Origin: a bacterium
Lineage (GTDB): Bacteria > Bacteroidota > Bacteroidia > Bacteroidales > UBA932
Assembly: GCA_963588685.1 (NCBI GenBank)
Contig: CAVAID010000001.1
Location: 10,304-74,303 of the forward strand
Direction of reading: 5' to 3'
DNA length: 64,000 bases
Both the position numbers and the translations under genes were made by a program. Shown one piece after another: positions 30,656 to 45,645 of the stretch (position 1 is its first letter; each line of letters opens with the position of its first letter). Under the pieces are notes generated by a model. The model was given only the letters and a program-made list of their open reading frames with translations. It was not told where the DNA came from and did not search any database.

Positions 30656-32851
30656 TCAAATGTCTGTGCGGACGACATCCTGGATGCCGTCGATTTTCTT
30701 GAGTCCCCCGACCATGTCTTCCAGGATCTTCTTGTCCTTGACCAGCAGCTCGATGGTGCCTTCGAAGAGCCCGCCGTCCACATTGAGCACCAGCTTGCGC
30801 ATATTGATGCCCAGGGTCTTGGAGATGAAGCCTGAGATGTCGTTGAGCAGACCTATGCGGTCCAGCCCCTTGAGGGAGATGCGTATAGGGTATTCCTGCT
30901 CGTTGGAAGTCCACTGCGGGGCGACGAGCCTGTTGCCGTAGCGGCTGGCGAGCCTCTGGGCCTCCTCGCAGGACTTCTTGTGCACGATGACGGTGTTGTC
31001 GTCGGTGAGGAAGCCTACCACAGGGTCGCCCGGGATAGGGTTGCAGCATTCCGCCATCCTGTAGCGGACATTGTCGCCGCCGGACTTGATGACGAATTCC
31101 TTTTTACGCTTGCCCTCGCCGGAAGAGAGGCTGTTCTCGTCGATGACGGCCTTGAACTGCTCCGGCCCCAGGATGCCAAGACCCACTCTGAACCAGAGCT
31201 CCTCGACATCGCGTATCTGGTTGAAGTCCAGGAACTTCTTGAGCAGGGCATGGGTGTTCTTGAATCCCATCATGTGGATGCGCTCCTCATAGAGCTTCTT
31301 GCCCTCGGCGGCGATGGCCTCCTTGTCGGAGCGGAAATACTCGATTACCTTGCTGCGGGCGGAGCGGGTCTGGAGGAACTGCAGCCACTCCTTCTTGGGC
31401 GATGCGCTGGCGGCGGTGATGATCTCGACCTGGTCTCCGGACTTGAGCGTCTGGGAGAGCGGGACGAGCTTCATGTTGACCTTGGCAGCAATCGCGGAGT
31501 TGCCGATGTGGGTGTGGATCATGTAGGCGAAGTCGAGGGCGGTGGCACCGTTGAGTATTGAGCGCTGCTCGCCCTTTGGGGTAAACACGACTATCACGGA
31601 GCTGACGAGGTCCTTGTGTATTATGTCGAGCAGCTCCAGCGCGCTCACATCGTCGCTCAGCAGGATGTCCTGCACCTGCTTGAGCCATTTGTCCATCTCG
31701 GAGTCATTCTCGGAGATGTATCCGTCCTTTTTGTAGGCCCAGTGGGCTGCGATGCCCTTCTCGGCTATGTCGTCCATCCTGCGGGAGCGGATCTGCACCT
31801 CCACCCAGAAGCCTGCGTGGCTCATAAGGGTGCAGTGCAGGGCCTCGTAGCCGTTGTTCTTGGGCTGGGATATCCAGTCACGGCGGCGGCTGACGTTCTC
31901 GCGGTAGAGGTTGGTGATGGCTGAGAATATGAGGTAGGCCTGGTCGCGCTCGCTCTGGGGCCCGTCAAGTTTAGGGGTGAATATTATGCGCACTGCGTAG
32001 AGGTCGAATATCTGCTCGAAGCCTACATGCTTGTTGTGCATCTTGTACCAGATCGAGTACGGGGTCTTGATGCGCTTCTTGATTGAGAAGTTGTATCCGG
32101 CGTCCCGGAGCGCCTTGTCAATCGGGGCTATGAACTCGTCTATGTCCTTTTCGCGGGCGGCGGCGTTGCTGTTGATTTTCTCTGTAATGCTCTGGTAGTC
32201 TTCGGGTTCCTTGTACTTGAGCCAGATGTTCTCCATCTCGGACTTGACGGCGTAGAGGCCGAGCCTGTGGGCGAGAGGGATGAATATGAACATGGTCTCG
32301 GAGAGAATCTTGTCCCGCTTGTGCTCCGGCATATATTCTATGGTGCGGCAGTTGTGCAGGCGGTCGGCGAGCTTGATGAGCACCACGCGCACATCGTCGT
32401 TGAGAGTCAGAAGGATGCGCTTGAAGTTCTCCGCCTGGAGGCTCTCAGTGCTGATGGCTTCGCCCTTGCGGTCCTCGTTGTCGAGCACCGTCTTGATCTT
32501 GGTCAGACCGTCCACGATCGAGGCTATCTTGTCGCCGAAGAGGTTGCGTATGTCTTCCACGGTGTAGCTGGTGTCCTCCACGACATCGTGAAGCAGCGCC
32601 GCGCAGATGGACTTGCATCCCAGGCCGATTTCCGACACCACTATCTTCGCCACCTCAATCGGGTGGATAATGTACGGCTCGCCGGAGCGGCGGCGCACGT
32701 TCTTGTGGGCCTGGTTGGCGAACTCAAACGCCTTCTGCACCGTCTCCACCTGCTCCTCGTTGCGGCAGCGCGAGCGCGCCACCTCCATCAGGGAAGCGTG
32801 TTCCTTCTCAATCAGCCTGTAATCGTCCTTTGTGAATTCTGAAAAACTCAT
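30656..32851 (-). CDS. relA: Bifunctional (p)ppGpp synthetase/hydrolase (long RSH)
   Basis: RRSGEPYIIHP, LHDVVED, KLADRLHN, EVQIR, TGS domain, CCNPIPGD, ACT domain. Confidence 0.95.
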   Translation of the reverse strand: MSFSEFTKDDYRLIEKEHASLMEVARSRCRNEEQVETVQKAFEFANQAHKNVRRRSGEPYIIHPIEVAKIVVSEIGLGCKSICAALLHDVVEDTSYTVEDIRNLFGDKIASIVDGLTKIKTVLDNEDRKGEAISTESLQAENFKRILLTLNDDVRVVLIKLADRLHNCRTIEYMPEHKRDKILSETMFIFIPLAHRLGLYAVKSEMENIWLKYKEPEDYQSITEKINSNAAAREKDIDEFIAPIDKALRDAGYNFSIKKRIKTPYSIWYKMHNKHVGFEQIFDLYAVRIIFTPKLDGPQSERDQAYLIFSAITNLYRENVSRRRDWISQPKNNGYEALHCTLMSHAGFWVEVQIRSRRMDDIAEKGIAAHWAYKKDGYISENDSEMDKWLKQVQDILLSDDVSALELLDIIHKDLVSSVIVVFTPKGEQRSILNGATALDFAYMIHTHIGNSAIAAKVNMKLVPLSQTLKSGDQVEIITAASASPKKEWLQFLQTRSARSKVIEYFRSDKEAIAAEGKKLYEERIHMMGFKNTHALLKKFLDFNQIRDVEELWFRVGLGILGPEQFKAVIDENSLSSGEGKRKKEFVIKSGGDNVRYRMAECCNPIPGDPVVGFLTDDNTVIVHKKSCEEAQRLASRYGNRLVAPQWTSNEQEYPIRISLKGLDRIGLLNDISGFISKTLGINMRKLVLNVDGGLFEGTIELLVKDKKILEDMVGGLKKIDGIQDVVRTDI

Positions 32852-32880
32852 TCTTTATATTATTGTCTCCGCCATCCTTG

Positions 32881-34995
<2,115 letters not shown>

Positions 34996-35203
34996 CTAAT
35001 AAACTACAAATTTAGTCAATCTTTTGGATATTTCCTTGCCTGCGGGGGGCGAGTTGCCGGGTCACGGGAAGGGAAGGCACGAACAGCGGCAAAAACCCGG
35101 CAAAAAGCATCGTTGCAGTTGTGAATTTGGCGGATAATCAGTAAATTTGCGAGATTTGTTTTGGAAGAAACTGTTTACTTTAGAAAGTAGTTATTATAAA
35201 AAT

Positions 35204-36436
35204 ATGAAAGATTCAATTATTATTCTCTGCGGCGGCGGCCCTGCTCCGGGAATGAACACTGTCGTTTGTTCTGTCGCCAAGACCTTTTTGAGCAACGGTT
35301 ACAGGGTAATCGGCCTCCACGGCGGCTACAGCGGCCTTTTCTCCAAGAACCCGCGCACTGAGGACATCGACTTCCTCAAGGCGGACTACTATTTCAAGCG
35401 CGGCGGCTCCCATCTCCAGATGAGCCGTTTCAAGCCTACCGACGAGGATTTCGAGAAGAACTTCAACCTCGACCTCTTCAAGGACAACAACATCAAGCTG
35501 CTCGTTACCGTCGGCGGAGATGACACCGCTTCCACGGCCAACCGCATCGCCCTCTTCCTCGAGAGGAAGAAATATCCTATCCGCAACATCCATGTCCCTA
35601 AGACCATCGACAACGACCTTCCTCTGCCGGACAACGCTCCGACCTTCGGCTTCAATTCCGCCAAGAACGAGGGTGCGCACATCGCTTCCACCGTCTATGA
35701 GGACGCCCGCACTTCCGGCAACTGGCTGCTGATCTCCGCAATGGGACGCTCTGCAGGCCACCTTGCGCTCGGCATCGGCGAGGCTACCCACTGCCCGATG
35801 ACCATCATCCCGGAGATGTTCAACAAGACCGACATCACCATCGACAAGATCATCCGCCTCTCCCTTTCCACCATCATCAGGCGCAAGATTCTCGGCATCG
35901 ACTACGGTACCATCGTGGTCGCAGAGGGCGTGTTCCATGACCTCTCCGACGAGGACATCAAGTCGGCCGGCGTGCATATGACCTATGACGAGCACGGACA
36001 CCCGGAGCTCGGCAAGATCTCAAAGTCAGTGCTCTTCGACGAGCTTCTCGAGAAGGCCATGAAGCAGACCCGTCTCAAGGTCAAGACCCGTCCGGTCGAG
36101 ATCGGCTACGACGTGCGTTGCCAGGACCCTGTGGCATTCGACCTTACATACTGCACCGAACTCGCCATGGGAGTCTATGAGCTCTACGCCAAGGGCGAGA
36201 CCGGCTGCATGGTGTATGTGGACAACTACGGCGAGGCCAAGCCTCTCTACCTGCACAACCTGCAGAATGAGGAGGGCAAGATTCCGCCGCGCCGCGTCGA
36301 TATCAACTGCGGTACCGCGAAGAACTACTACGAGCACATCTGCCACTTCATCTCTCCGTCCGACTACGAGGCCGCCAAGGCTTATGTGGACAATCCGGAG
36401 TACTACGATTTCAAGAAAATCCTCGGCTGGGAGTAG
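35204..36436 (+). CDS. Phosphofructokinase, probably PPi-dependent
   Basis: GGGPAPGMN, GGDDT, PKTIDNDL, MGR; ATG at 35204. Confidence 0.9.
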   Translation: MKDSIIILCGGGPAPGMNTVVCSVAKTFLSNGYRVIGLHGGYSGLFSKNPRTEDIDFLKADYYFKRGGSHLQMSRFKPTDEDFEKNFNLDLFKDNNIKLLVTVGGDDTASTANRIALFLERKKYPIRNIHVPKTIDNDLPLPDNAPTFGFNSAKNEGAHIASTVYEDARTSGNWLLISAMGRSAGHLALGIGEATHCPMTIIPEMFNKTDITIDKIIRLSLSTIIRRKILGIDYGTIVVAEGVFHDLSDEDIKSAGVHMTYDEHGHPELGKISKSVLFDELLEKAMKQTRLKVKTRPVEIGYDVRCQDPVAFDLTYCTELAMGVYELYAKGETGCMVYVDNYGEAKPLYLHNLQNEEGKIPPRRVDINCGTAKNYYEHICHFISPSDYEAAKAYVDNPEYYDFKKILGWE

Positions 36437-36461
36437 AATTCTCCCCATGGAATCATATTGG

Positions 36462-36495
36462 GAGGCCGCCCTCAAAAAGGGGCGGTCTCTTTTTT
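36462..36495 (+). terminator. Intrinsic terminator of pfk
   Basis: GAGGCCGCCC...GGGCGGTCTC followed by a T-run. Confidence 0.85.
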
Positions 36496-36640
36496 GGTAC
36501 AATATTTGTCTGAAGACCCAAACGAATGTTGATGCGGCGGCCTTCCGGCCTTGCCGGATACGATCTGTAAAAATTTTGCTTAATTCTAAAGTCCTGATTT
36601 GCAGGGCCTACAAAAATTATTAAAAATTTTTCAAAAAAAA

Positions 36641-36671
36641 TTTGCAGAATTAATTTTTTGTAGTACCTTTG
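36641..36671 (+). promoter_or_regulatory. Consensus Bacteroidota sigma-A promoter with no downstream CDS
   Basis: TTTG-N19-TACCTTTG with A/T tracts upstream. Confidence 0.75.
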
Positions 36672-36674
36672 CAT

Positions 36675-36791
36675 CCGGGTTGAGCAAGTGACCGTTCTGG
36701 CCCATCAACCTATTGGTTATTAGTTTTAGTGTTATTAATTATGTGGTTAGTATGAGTTGTTGCCGAGATGGTCACAACTCATTTCTTTTTT
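36675..36791 (+). ncRNA. Candidate sRNA 2 (G/U-rich core)
   Basis: Promoter above; 5' stem GGTTGA..TCAACC; G/U-rich single strand at 36711-36751; terminator ATGAGTTGT..ACAACTCAT-TTCTTTTTT; ends approximate. Confidence 0.68.
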
Positions 36792-38062
36792 GTGTCTGCC
36801 CTGAAGCTTACCCTCTCACCTGTGCCCGGATGCCGGAAGGCTATGCTCTCCGCGTGAAGCCACAGCCGTCCATGGTCCGGACTGCCGTAGAGGCTGTCGC
36901 CCTTTATGGGGCGGCCCAGTCCGGCAGGATGGGCTGAATGTACGCGCAGCTGATGCGTGCGCCCGGTTTTAGGACGGAATAGCACTTCGATTTCTCCGTT
37001 CGGCAGTTCCTCAATGACTTCATATTCGGTGATGGCGAGCTTTCCGTGCTCATGGTCCACCATCTGCCTCGGCCGGTCGTACCAGTCGAGAGCGAGGGGG
37101 AGGGCGATGGTGCCCCTGCGGGCGTGGCGGAAGGGCCCTGCACCCACCACTAGCCTTGCGGTGTAGCTTTTCTCGACTTCTCCGGCGGCGAACTGCGCCT
37201 CCAGCGCCACCTTGGCGGCGAGGTCCCGCGCGAAGACCATCACTCCGGAGGTGTCCATGTCGAGCCGGTGGCAGGAATGTACCTCTCCGTAGCGCTCCTG
37301 CAGCCACTCGAGCAGCGAACGCTTGCGCGTCCTGCCGGGCACTGAGAGCATCCCGGAAGGCTTGTCCGCCACTATCAGGCGCTCGTCGATATATATAATA
37401 TATGGTTCGCGGTGGATGAATTCGTCGTCGAGTGGATTCGGCTCCACTTCGAGGCCCTCCATCATGAAGCTGAGCAGCGGCCCGCACTTGCCGGTGCAGG
37501 AGGGGTAGAAGCGGCCCTGCTCACGGACTTCGGCGCGCGGGGAAGCACCGTACCAGAATTCTCCCATAGCCAGGGGCTTCATACCGTGGGAGTAGGCGTA
37601 CTGCAGCAGTTTCGGTGCCGCGCAGTCGCCGGTGCCGCCCGGGGGAGTGAGTCCGCGCAGAGCGAATACCTCCTTGATGCTCAGGGTTTTGCCGCGGGCG
37701 TTGGAAACTTTGTACTGGGAGAACAGCCAGTTCTGGAGCTCGGCGGAGGCACGGCTCCGCTCCTGACCCGAAGGCATCGCTGAAATCTCGGCTTCGCGGC
37801 GCCTGAAATAGCCGTCCGGGGGAGTGAGGTCGAATATCGGGGGCACAAAGCCTTCCACATTGGCAAGGCCTCCCGCGAGGCCGCTGAAGGCGTAGAGAAA
37901 GCCGCGGTCGGTCTCCAGCACGCCCATCATCTTGCCTTCGCGGAAGAGGGAGTCCAGAGCGGGCTCGCCCGCGATGCGGGCAATCAATTCTCGGGAAGCC
38001 TGAACTATCTGTGGCTCAGGTACATAACGGAAAGGGTAGGTGAAGGGTCGGCCGGCGCTCAT
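36779..38062 (-). CDS. RluA-family pseudouridine synthase with N-terminal extension
   Basis: KPSGMLSVPG, HRLDMDTSG, TGRTHQLRVH. Confidence 0.9.
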   Translation of the reverse strand: MSAGRPFTYPFRYVPEPQIVQASRELIARIAGEPALDSLFREGKMMGVLETDRGFLYAFSGLAGGLANVEGFVPPIFDLTPPDGYFRRREAEISAMPSGQERSRASAELQNWLFSQYKVSNARGKTLSIKEVFALRGLTPPGGTGDCAAPKLLQYAYSHGMKPLAMGEFWYGASPRAEVREQGRFYPSCTGKCGPLLSFMMEGLEVEPNPLDDEFIHREPYIIYIDERLIVADKPSGMLSVPGRTRKRSLLEWLQERYGEVHSCHRLDMDTSGVMVFARDLAAKVALEAQFAAGEVEKSYTARLVVGAGPFRHARRGTIALPLALDWYDRPRQMVDHEHGKLAITEYEVIEELPNGEIEVLFRPKTGRTHQLRVHSAHPAGLGRPIKGDSLYGSPDHGRLWLHAESIAFRHPGTGERVSFRADTKKK

Positions 38063-38069
38063 AGGGGGG

Positions 38070-38636
38070 CTAGAGGAATTTTTCCAGCTCCTGCGCCACC
38101 CTGTGAACCGGGAAGCCCATCACATTGTAGAACGATCCCTTGATGGAAGAAATCCCCACGTAGCCGATCCACTCCTGCACTCCGTAGGAGCCGGCCTTGT
38201 CGTAAGGCTTGTAGGTGTCGATGTAATAGTCTATCTGCGAGTCCTTCAGAGGCAGGAATTCCACCTCGGTGGAGTCGCTGAAGCTGACTTCGCGCTCAGA
38301 GTCGCGGATGGTCACCGCGGTGACGACTTCGTGGCTGCGGCCTGAGAGCAGGTGCAGCATATCAGCCGCCTCCTGCCTGGAGTGCGGTTTGCCGAGCACC
38401 TTGCCGTCGATTATCACCACCGTGTCGGCGGTGATGAGCACCTCGTCCTCCTCAAGCGGGCGGTGGAAGCCGTGGGACTTGCCCTGACACATGTCCATCG
38501 GCACCCTGTGCGGCTCCACGCCCGGTTCGCCGCTCTCGCAGAAGAGATTTTCCTTGTCAACGGTGAATTCCACATCCAGTCCGGCGAGGAGCTCCTTTCT
38601 GCGGGGCGAGCCGCTTCCGAGAATAATGCGCTTCAT
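38070..38636 (-). CDS. maf: Maf-family nucleotide pyrophosphatase
   Basis: ILGSGSPRRKELL, ADTVV, GKP, DKAGSYGVQ. Confidence 0.92.
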   Translation of the reverse strand: MKRIILGSGSPRRKELLAGLDVEFTVDKENLFCESGEPGVEPHRVPMDMCQGKSHGFHRPLEEDEVLITADTVVIIDGKVLGKPHSRQEAADMLHLLSGRSHEVVTAVTIRDSEREVSFSDSTEVEFLPLKDSQIDYYIDTYKPYDKAGSYGVQEWIGYVGISSIKGSFYNVMGFPVHRVAQELEKFL

Positions 38637-38637
38637 T

Positions 38638-39171
38638 CTAGTAAATCTGGTCGAATTTGTCCTCGTCGAACTTCCACTTGTCCTGTGCCTTGAGTATCAT
38701 CTCGATGCCCTCGCGCAGGCAGCCGTGTCCCCCTGGACGCGTCGTGACGAAATCCGCTGCTTCGCGGGCTTCGGGCGCGGCGTCTGCCGGGGCGAAACCG
38801 GCTCCGCAGGCCCTCAGGACCTGGATGTCCGGGATGTCATCGCCGAAATATGCCACTTCTTCAGGCTTCAGTGAGTTGTCGCTGCAGAAGTTCTCGAATA
38901 CCTTGAGCTTGCCTCTCACGCCGAGGTGCAGGTTCTCCGGCCTCGCCCCCATATGGCGGCAGCGGCTCTCCAGCGCGGCGGTTTCGCCTCCCGAGATTAT
39001 TCCTATCGTGAATCCCTTTGCCGCGGCTACCCTCGATGCGAAGGAGTCCTTGGCGTCAACTATTCTCACGAGGTCTTCCGGCCTCGGCCCCATCGGGATG
39101 ATGCACCCGTCGGTGAGCACGCCGTCTATGTCATAGACGATTGCGCGGATCTGCTTAAGATTTGGCACCAT
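38638..39171 (-). CDS. kdsC: KDO-8-phosphate phosphatase (HAD)
   Basis: DIDGVLTDG, YFGDDIPD, GGHGCLRE. Confidence 0.85.
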   Translation of the reverse strand: MVPNLKQIRAIVYDIDGVLTDGCIIPMGPRPEDLVRIVDAKDSFASRVAAAKGFTIGIISGGETAALESRCRHMGARPENLHLGVRGKLKVFENFCSDNSLKPEEVAYFGDDIPDIQVLRACGAGFAPADAAPEAREAADFVTTRPGGHGCLREGIEMILKAQDKWKFDEDKFDQIY

Positions 39172-39475
39172 TCGGGTTGAAGTCTGCTATGTTGAAGGTG
39201 TCGCCCTGAGACCTGCGGGCTTCTGTCTGTATCTCTCCGTACTGTGCCTCGTACTTGCCTATGTTGTCGAGCAGCGCGTTGAGCAGCCTCTTGCAGTGCT
39301 CCGGAGCCATCACGATGCGGCTCTGCACGTCCGGCTTGGGGAGTCCCGGCAGGATGGTGGCGAAGTCGAGTATGAATTCGCTTCTGGAGTGGGTTATGAT
39401 GGCGAGATTGGAGTACAGCCCCTTGGCTACTTCCGGTTTCAGCTCGATGTTGATCTGCTTTTCGTCTTTATCCAT
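39155..39475 (-). CDS. DUF3467 domain protein
   Basis: [29 protein letters not shown]. Confidence 0.85.
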   Translation of the reverse strand: MDKDEKQINIELKPEVAKGLYSNLAIITHSRSEFILDFATILPGLPKPDVQSRIVMAPEHCKRLLNALLDNIGKYEAQYGEIQTEARRSQGDTFNIADFNPNGAKS

Positions 39476-39533
39476 AATTAAAGGTATTTGTCAGTCTGCA
39501 AAGTTAGCAAAAAAATACCTACCTTTGTACGAT

Positions 39534-42173
39534 ATGGAAATTGAAGCGAAATACAATCCCTCCTCAGTGGAGGACAAATGGTACTCATACTGGATTGAGC
39601 ACAGGTGCTTCCATTCGGAGCCGGACAGCCGTGAACCTTATACTGTAGTGATTCCGCCGCCTAACGTGACGGGCATCCTGCATATGGGCCACGTGCTCAA
39701 CAATACTATAAACGATGTCCTGGTGCGCAAGGCCCGCATGGACGGCAAGAACGCATGCTGGGTGCCGGGAACGGACCACGCCAGCATAGCCACCGAGTCC
39801 AAGGTGGTCGCCCGTCTCAAGGAGAAGGGCATCTCCAAGGAGGACATCGGGCGCGAGGAGTTCCTGAAATACGCCTGGGAGTGGAAGGAGGAGCACGGAG
39901 GAATAATACTCCAGCAGCTCCGCAAACTCGGCGCTTCCTGCGACTGGGACCGCACCCGCTTCACTATGGAACCAGCTCTCTCAGAGGCGGTCATAGCGAC
40001 ATTCTGCTACTTCTACAAGAAGGGGATGATCTACCGCGGGGTGCGCATGGTCAACTGGGACCCTGTCGCCCTTACCGCCATCAGCGATGACGAGGTTATC
40101 CACCGCGACACCAAGAGCCATTTCTATCACCTTAAATATTATATCTCCGACGGCGCCGGTCACCCGACCGACAAGTATCTCGTGATTGCGACCACCCGTC
40201 CGGAGACCATCATGGCGGATGCCGCAATCTGCGTCAACCCTGCCGACGAGAGGCACCATTGGCTGAAGGGCAAGAAGGTGCTTATCCCGCTCATCAACAG
40301 GGAGATACCTGTCATCGAAGACAGCTATGTGGAGATGGATTTCGGTACGGGCTGCCTCAAGGTGACCCCGGCGCACGACGCGCACGACTACGAGATCGGT
40401 CTGCGTCACAATCTGCCGGTGCTCGACATAATCGACGACCACGGCCGTCTCAACGAGAAGTCCCAGATCCTCGTGGGCGAGGACCGCTTCGACGCCAGGA
40501 AGAAGATTGTGGAGATGCTCCGCGAGTCCGGCAACCTCGAGAAGGTGGAGGAATACACCTCTCCGGTGGGCTATTCCGAGCGCACCAACGCGGTCATCGA
40601 GCCTAAGCTCTCCGCGCAGTGGTTCCTCAAGATGGAATCCCTTGCGGCTATGGCGCTCGACAGCGTGGAGTCCGGCAAGATCAAGTTCATACCTGACAAA
40701 TACCGCAACACCTACCGCCACTGGATGGAGAACGCGCACGACTGGTGCATCTCCCGCCAGCTCTGGTGGGGACAGCGCATACCTGCATATTATCTGCCTG
40801 ACGGACAGATAGTTGTGGAGGAGACTGCAGAGAAGGCCCTTGCCGCAGCGCGGAAAATAAATCCTGCTCTCACTGCAGCTGACCTCAAGCAGGACGAGGA
40901 TGTGCTCGACACCTGGTTCTCCAGCTGGCTCTGGCCTATCTCCGTCTTCGATCCTGAGATGCCGGGCCATCCGGACCACAAGCCGAACCGCGACCTGAGC
41001 TACTACTATCCGACCAACGACCTCGTGACCGGTCCGGACATCATATTCTTCTGGGTTGCCAGGATGATTATGGCGGGCGACGAGTTTATGAAGGATATTC
41101 CGTTCCACAATGTATATTTCACCGGCATCGTCCGCGACAAGCTGGGCCGCAAGATGAGCAAGACTCTCGGCAACAGCCCTAACCCGCTGGACCTCATCGA
41201 GAAATACGGTGCCGACGCAGTCCGTCTCGGAATGCTTCTCTGCTCATCTGCCGGCAACGACATCCTCTATGACGAATCCCAGGTAGAACAGGGACGCAAC
41301 TTCTGCGGCAAGATCTGGAATTCATGGAGGCTCGTTAGCGGCTGGAACGTGGATGAGAAGGCCGCGCAGAGCGAGGAGGCGAGGGTGGCCGTCAAGTGGT
41401 TTGACAACCTGCTCTCCCGCACCATCGAGACAGTCGAGGACCACTACCGCAAGTTCCGTATCAGCGACGCCCTGATGGCAGTTTACAAGCTCTTCTGGGA
41501 CGACTACTGCAGCTGGTACCTGGAGCTGGTGAAGCCGGCCTATGGCGCTGCAATAGACGGGATTACCTATAGCGCGACGCTTACCTTCTTCGAGAAGCTG
41601 CTCAAACTCATACACCCTGTGATGCCGTTCATCACCGAGGAGCTCTGGCAGGCCATGGAGCAGCGCGGCGACGGAGAAACCATTATGTATCAGCGCACTC
41701 CTGTGGCCGGACCGTACGACGCCGACTTCCTTGCAAGCTTCGACCTTGTCAGGGACGCAGTCGTGTCCATCCGCGGCATCCGCGCGCAGAAGCAGATTTC
41801 TCCCAAGCAGAGCCTCGAGGTCTATGCCGACGGCGCTCTCTCAGCGGAGCTGATACCTATACTCCGCAAGGCCGCCAATGTCTCCGAGGTCAAGTCCGGC
41901 AAGGCTGAAGGCGCTGCCGTATCGTTCATCAGCGGTACTGTCGGCTTCAGCGTGCCTCTCGACGGCTTCATCAATGCCGATGACGAGAGGGCCAAGCTGA
42001 CCTCCGAGCTGGAGCACCAGCGCAAGTTCCTCGCCGGGGTGAGGGCCAAGCTCTCCAACGGGAAGTTCACCGCTCACGCACCTCAGGCCGTAATCGACGT
42101 CGAGCGCAAGAAGGAGGCTGACAGCCTCGCCCGCATCGAGGCCATCGAAGCATCGTTGAATTCACTTAAATAG
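39534..42173 (+). CDS. valS: Valine--tRNA ligase
   Basis: [29 protein letters not shown]; start at MEIEAKY (39534) after TACCTTTG. Confidence 0.97.
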   Translation: MEIEAKYNPSSVEDKWYSYWIEHRCFHSEPDSREPYTVVIPPPNVTGILHMGHVLNNTINDVLVRKARMDGKNACWVPGTDHASIATESKVVARLKEKGISKEDIGREEFLKYAWEWKEEHGGIILQQLRKLGASCDWDRTRFTMEPALSEAVIATFCYFYKKGMIYRGVRMVNWDPVALTAISDDEVIHRDTKSHFYHLKYYISDGAGHPTDKYLVIATTRPETIMADAAICVNPADERHHWLKGKKVLIPLINREIPVIEDSYVEMDFGTGCLKVTPAHDAHDYEIGLRHNLPVLDIIDDHGRLNEKSQILVGEDRFDARKKIVEMLRESGNLEKVEEYTSPVGYSERTNAVIEPKLSAQWFLKMESLAAMALDSVESGKIKFIPDKYRNTYRHWMENAHDWCISRQLWWGQRIPAYYLPDGQIVVEETAEKALAAARKINPALTAADLKQDEDVLDTWFSSWLWPISVFDPEMPGHPDHKPNRDLSYYYPTNDLVTGPDIIFFWVARMIMAGDEFMKDIPFHNVYFTGIVRDKLGRKMSKTLGNSPNPLDLIEKYGADAVRLGMLLCSSAGNDILYDESQVEQGRNFCGKIWNSWRLVSGWNVDEKAAQSEEARVAVKWFDNLLSRTIETVEDHYRKFRISDALMAVYKLFWDDYCSWYLELVKPAYGAAIDGITYSATLTFFEKLLKLIHPVMPFITEELWQAMEQRGDGETIMYQRTPVAGPYDADFLASFDLVRDAVVSIRGIRAQKQISPKQSLEVYADGALSAELIPILRKAANVSEVKSGKAEGAAVSFISGTVGFSVPLDGFINADDERAKLTSELEHQRKFLAGVRAKLSNGKFTAHAPQAVIDVERKKEADSLARIEAIEASLNSLK

Positions 42174-42180
42174 TCCGCTT

Positions 42181-42390
42181 ATGTTAACTTATCCTTTGGT
42201 TATAGGCATGTGGGAGGTGATAGTCATCGCCCTGGTAGTGCTTCTCCTCTTCGGAGGCAAGAAAGTCCCCGAACTTATGAAAGGTCTCGGCAAAGGTGTC
42301 CGGAGCTTCAAGGACGGTCTCAACGGGACCGATGACGAGGATAAGGGCGATACCAAGAAGCTGGACAGCGGTTCTTCAAAGCCTGAATAG
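42181..42390 (+). CDS. tatA: Twin-arginine translocase TatA/E
   Basis: LLLFGGKKVPELMKGLGKGVRSFK. Confidence 0.93.
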   Translation: MLTYPLVIGMWEVIVIALVVLLLFGGKKVPELMKGLGKGVRSFKDGLNGTDDEDKGDTKKLDSGSSKPE

Positions 42391-42393
42391 CCG

Positions 42394-43155
42394 GTGGCGA
42401 AGGGCGGGGAAATGTCCTTCTGGGATCATCTTGAAGAGCTGAGGGGTAGCATTATCCGCTCGGCTCTTTATCTGTGTGCATTCTCCTGTCTGGGACTCTG
42501 TTTCAAGCACTTGCTCTTCGAGGGGATAATCCTCGCGCCGACCCGTCCCGACTTCTGCATCTACCGCCTGCTGGGCTGGGATTTCGGGGTCAATCTAATC
42601 AATATAGACCTGAGCGCCCAGTTTTTCGTGCATCTCAGGGCCTCTTTGGCGGCTGGTCTGATACTTTCTTTCCCGCTGATAGTGTGGGAGATATGGAAGT
42701 TCGTAGTCCCTGCGCTCTACGCTTCCGAGAAGAAGGCTCTGCGTTCCGCGTTCATGCTCTCCGGAGTGCTCTTCTATGTCGGCGTTGCAGTGGGCTATTT
42801 CCTTATACTCCCGCTCTGCCTGCAGTTCTTTATGAACTACACAGTCTCAGACGCGGTAGTCAACACAATCAGCCTCAATTCCTATATGGGCATGTTCACC
42901 TCGCTCGTCCTGCTGGACGGGGTGGTGTTCGAGTTCCCGACTGTGGTGCTGGCACTCTCACGCCTGGGGATTCTGGACAAGGCGATGCTCCGCAAGGGCA
43001 GGAGATACGCCTTCGTGATAATACTCATTTTCGCCGCCATCATCACGCCGGCCGATCCGGTGTCGATGTTTGTGCTGGCCATACCTCTTTTCCTGCTTTA
43101 CGAATTTTCAATCCTGCTATGCTCATCTCGCAAACTCCCAGCTCCTACAGAATAG
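42394..43155 (+). CDS. tatC: Twin-arginine translocase TatC
   Basis: MSFWDHLEELR, PALY..EK, FEFP, AAIITP.D. Confidence 0.95.
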   Translation: MAKGGEMSFWDHLEELRGSIIRSALYLCAFSCLGLCFKHLLFEGIILAPTRPDFCIYRLLGWDFGVNLINIDLSAQFFVHLRASLAAGLILSFPLIVWEIWKFVVPALYASEKKALRSAFMLSGVLFYVGVAVGYFLILPLCLQFFMNYTVSDAVVNTISLNSYMGMFTSLVLLDGVVFEFPTVVLALSRLGILDKAMLRKGRRYAFVIILIFAAIITPADPVSMFVLAIPLFLLYEFSILLCSSRKLPAPTE

Positions 43156-43709
43156 ATTGCCTCAATTGGCCTGAAGCTTACCCGTACCGACCTGAAGTCT
43201 CGCTTGAGGTCTGGCACTCCTGCACGGAGCTGCACCTTCACTACCGTGTCCGGGAGGATGCGGTGATTGCCGCCAGTGCGGAGGACAGGGGACCGGTGTG
43301 GAAGGATTCCTGCGTGGAGTTTTTCTTCGCCCCGGGGGATGACGGACTGTATTACAATGTGGAGTGCAGCTGCATCGGCAAGCTGTATTTCTGCTGCGGC
43401 GCGGACAGGCACGAGCGGGAATTCATGCCGGAGGAGGCTTATGCGGCCATCCGCAGGCAGGGGAGTCTTGGCGGCGAGCCTTTTGCCCTGAGGGAAGGGC
43501 CGGTGGAATGGGAGATGAGGCTAGATATCCCAGCGTCCTGCTTTACCCGCCACAATATCAAGGATTTCCGTGGCCTCGAGGCACGGGGCAATTTCTACAA
43601 ATGCGGGGATGCGCTCCCTACGAGGCACTACCTGAGCCTTTTCCCGATAGGGACGGAAAAGCCTGATTTTCACCGCCCTGAGTATTTTGACAAGATAGTA
43701 TTTGATTAA
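43119..43709 (+). CDS. CBM9-like carbohydrate-binding protein
   Basis: VWKDSCVEFF, YYNVE, GNFYKCGD, PDFHRPEYF; start approximate. Confidence 0.8.
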   Translation: MLISQTPSSYRIDCLNWPEAYPYRPEVSLEVWHSCTELHLHYRVREDAVIAASAEDRGPVWKDSCVEFFFAPGDDGLYYNVECSCIGKLYFCCGADRHEREFMPEEAYAAIRRQGSLGGEPFALREGPVEWEMRLDIPASCFTRHNIKDFRGLEARGNFYKCGDALPTRHYLSLFPIGTEKPDFHRPEYFDKIVFD

Positions 43710-43738
43710 TTCAAGTTTCGCGTAAGTCTATTTAATAA

Positions 43739-45643
<1,905 letters not shown>

Positions 45644-45645
45644 CA

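Noticed and set aside
30652..30783. Upstream extension of the Ig-like lipoprotein ORF
   Set aside because: Overlaps the relA 3' end; the signal peptide begins at MKRFIPL (30651).
35054..35103. Inverted repeat TTGCCGGGT...ACCCGGCAA between ligA and pfk
   Set aside because: Short stem with a large loop lying between the two divergent promoters; no other support for an RNA element.
36713..36937. 74-aa ORF as the product of the orphan promoter
   Set aside because: TTG start, runs through a terminator and antisense into rluA; an sRNA explains the locus better.
39255..39533. 93-aa N-terminal extension of ValS in the ORF track
   Set aside because: Overlaps the DUF3467 gene on the other strand; the promoter and the ATG at 39534 give a normal start.
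42474..43118. Long upstream part of the 411-aa ORF overlapping tatC
   Set aside because: Alternative-frame read-through; only the part from about 43119 looks like a real CBM9-like protein.
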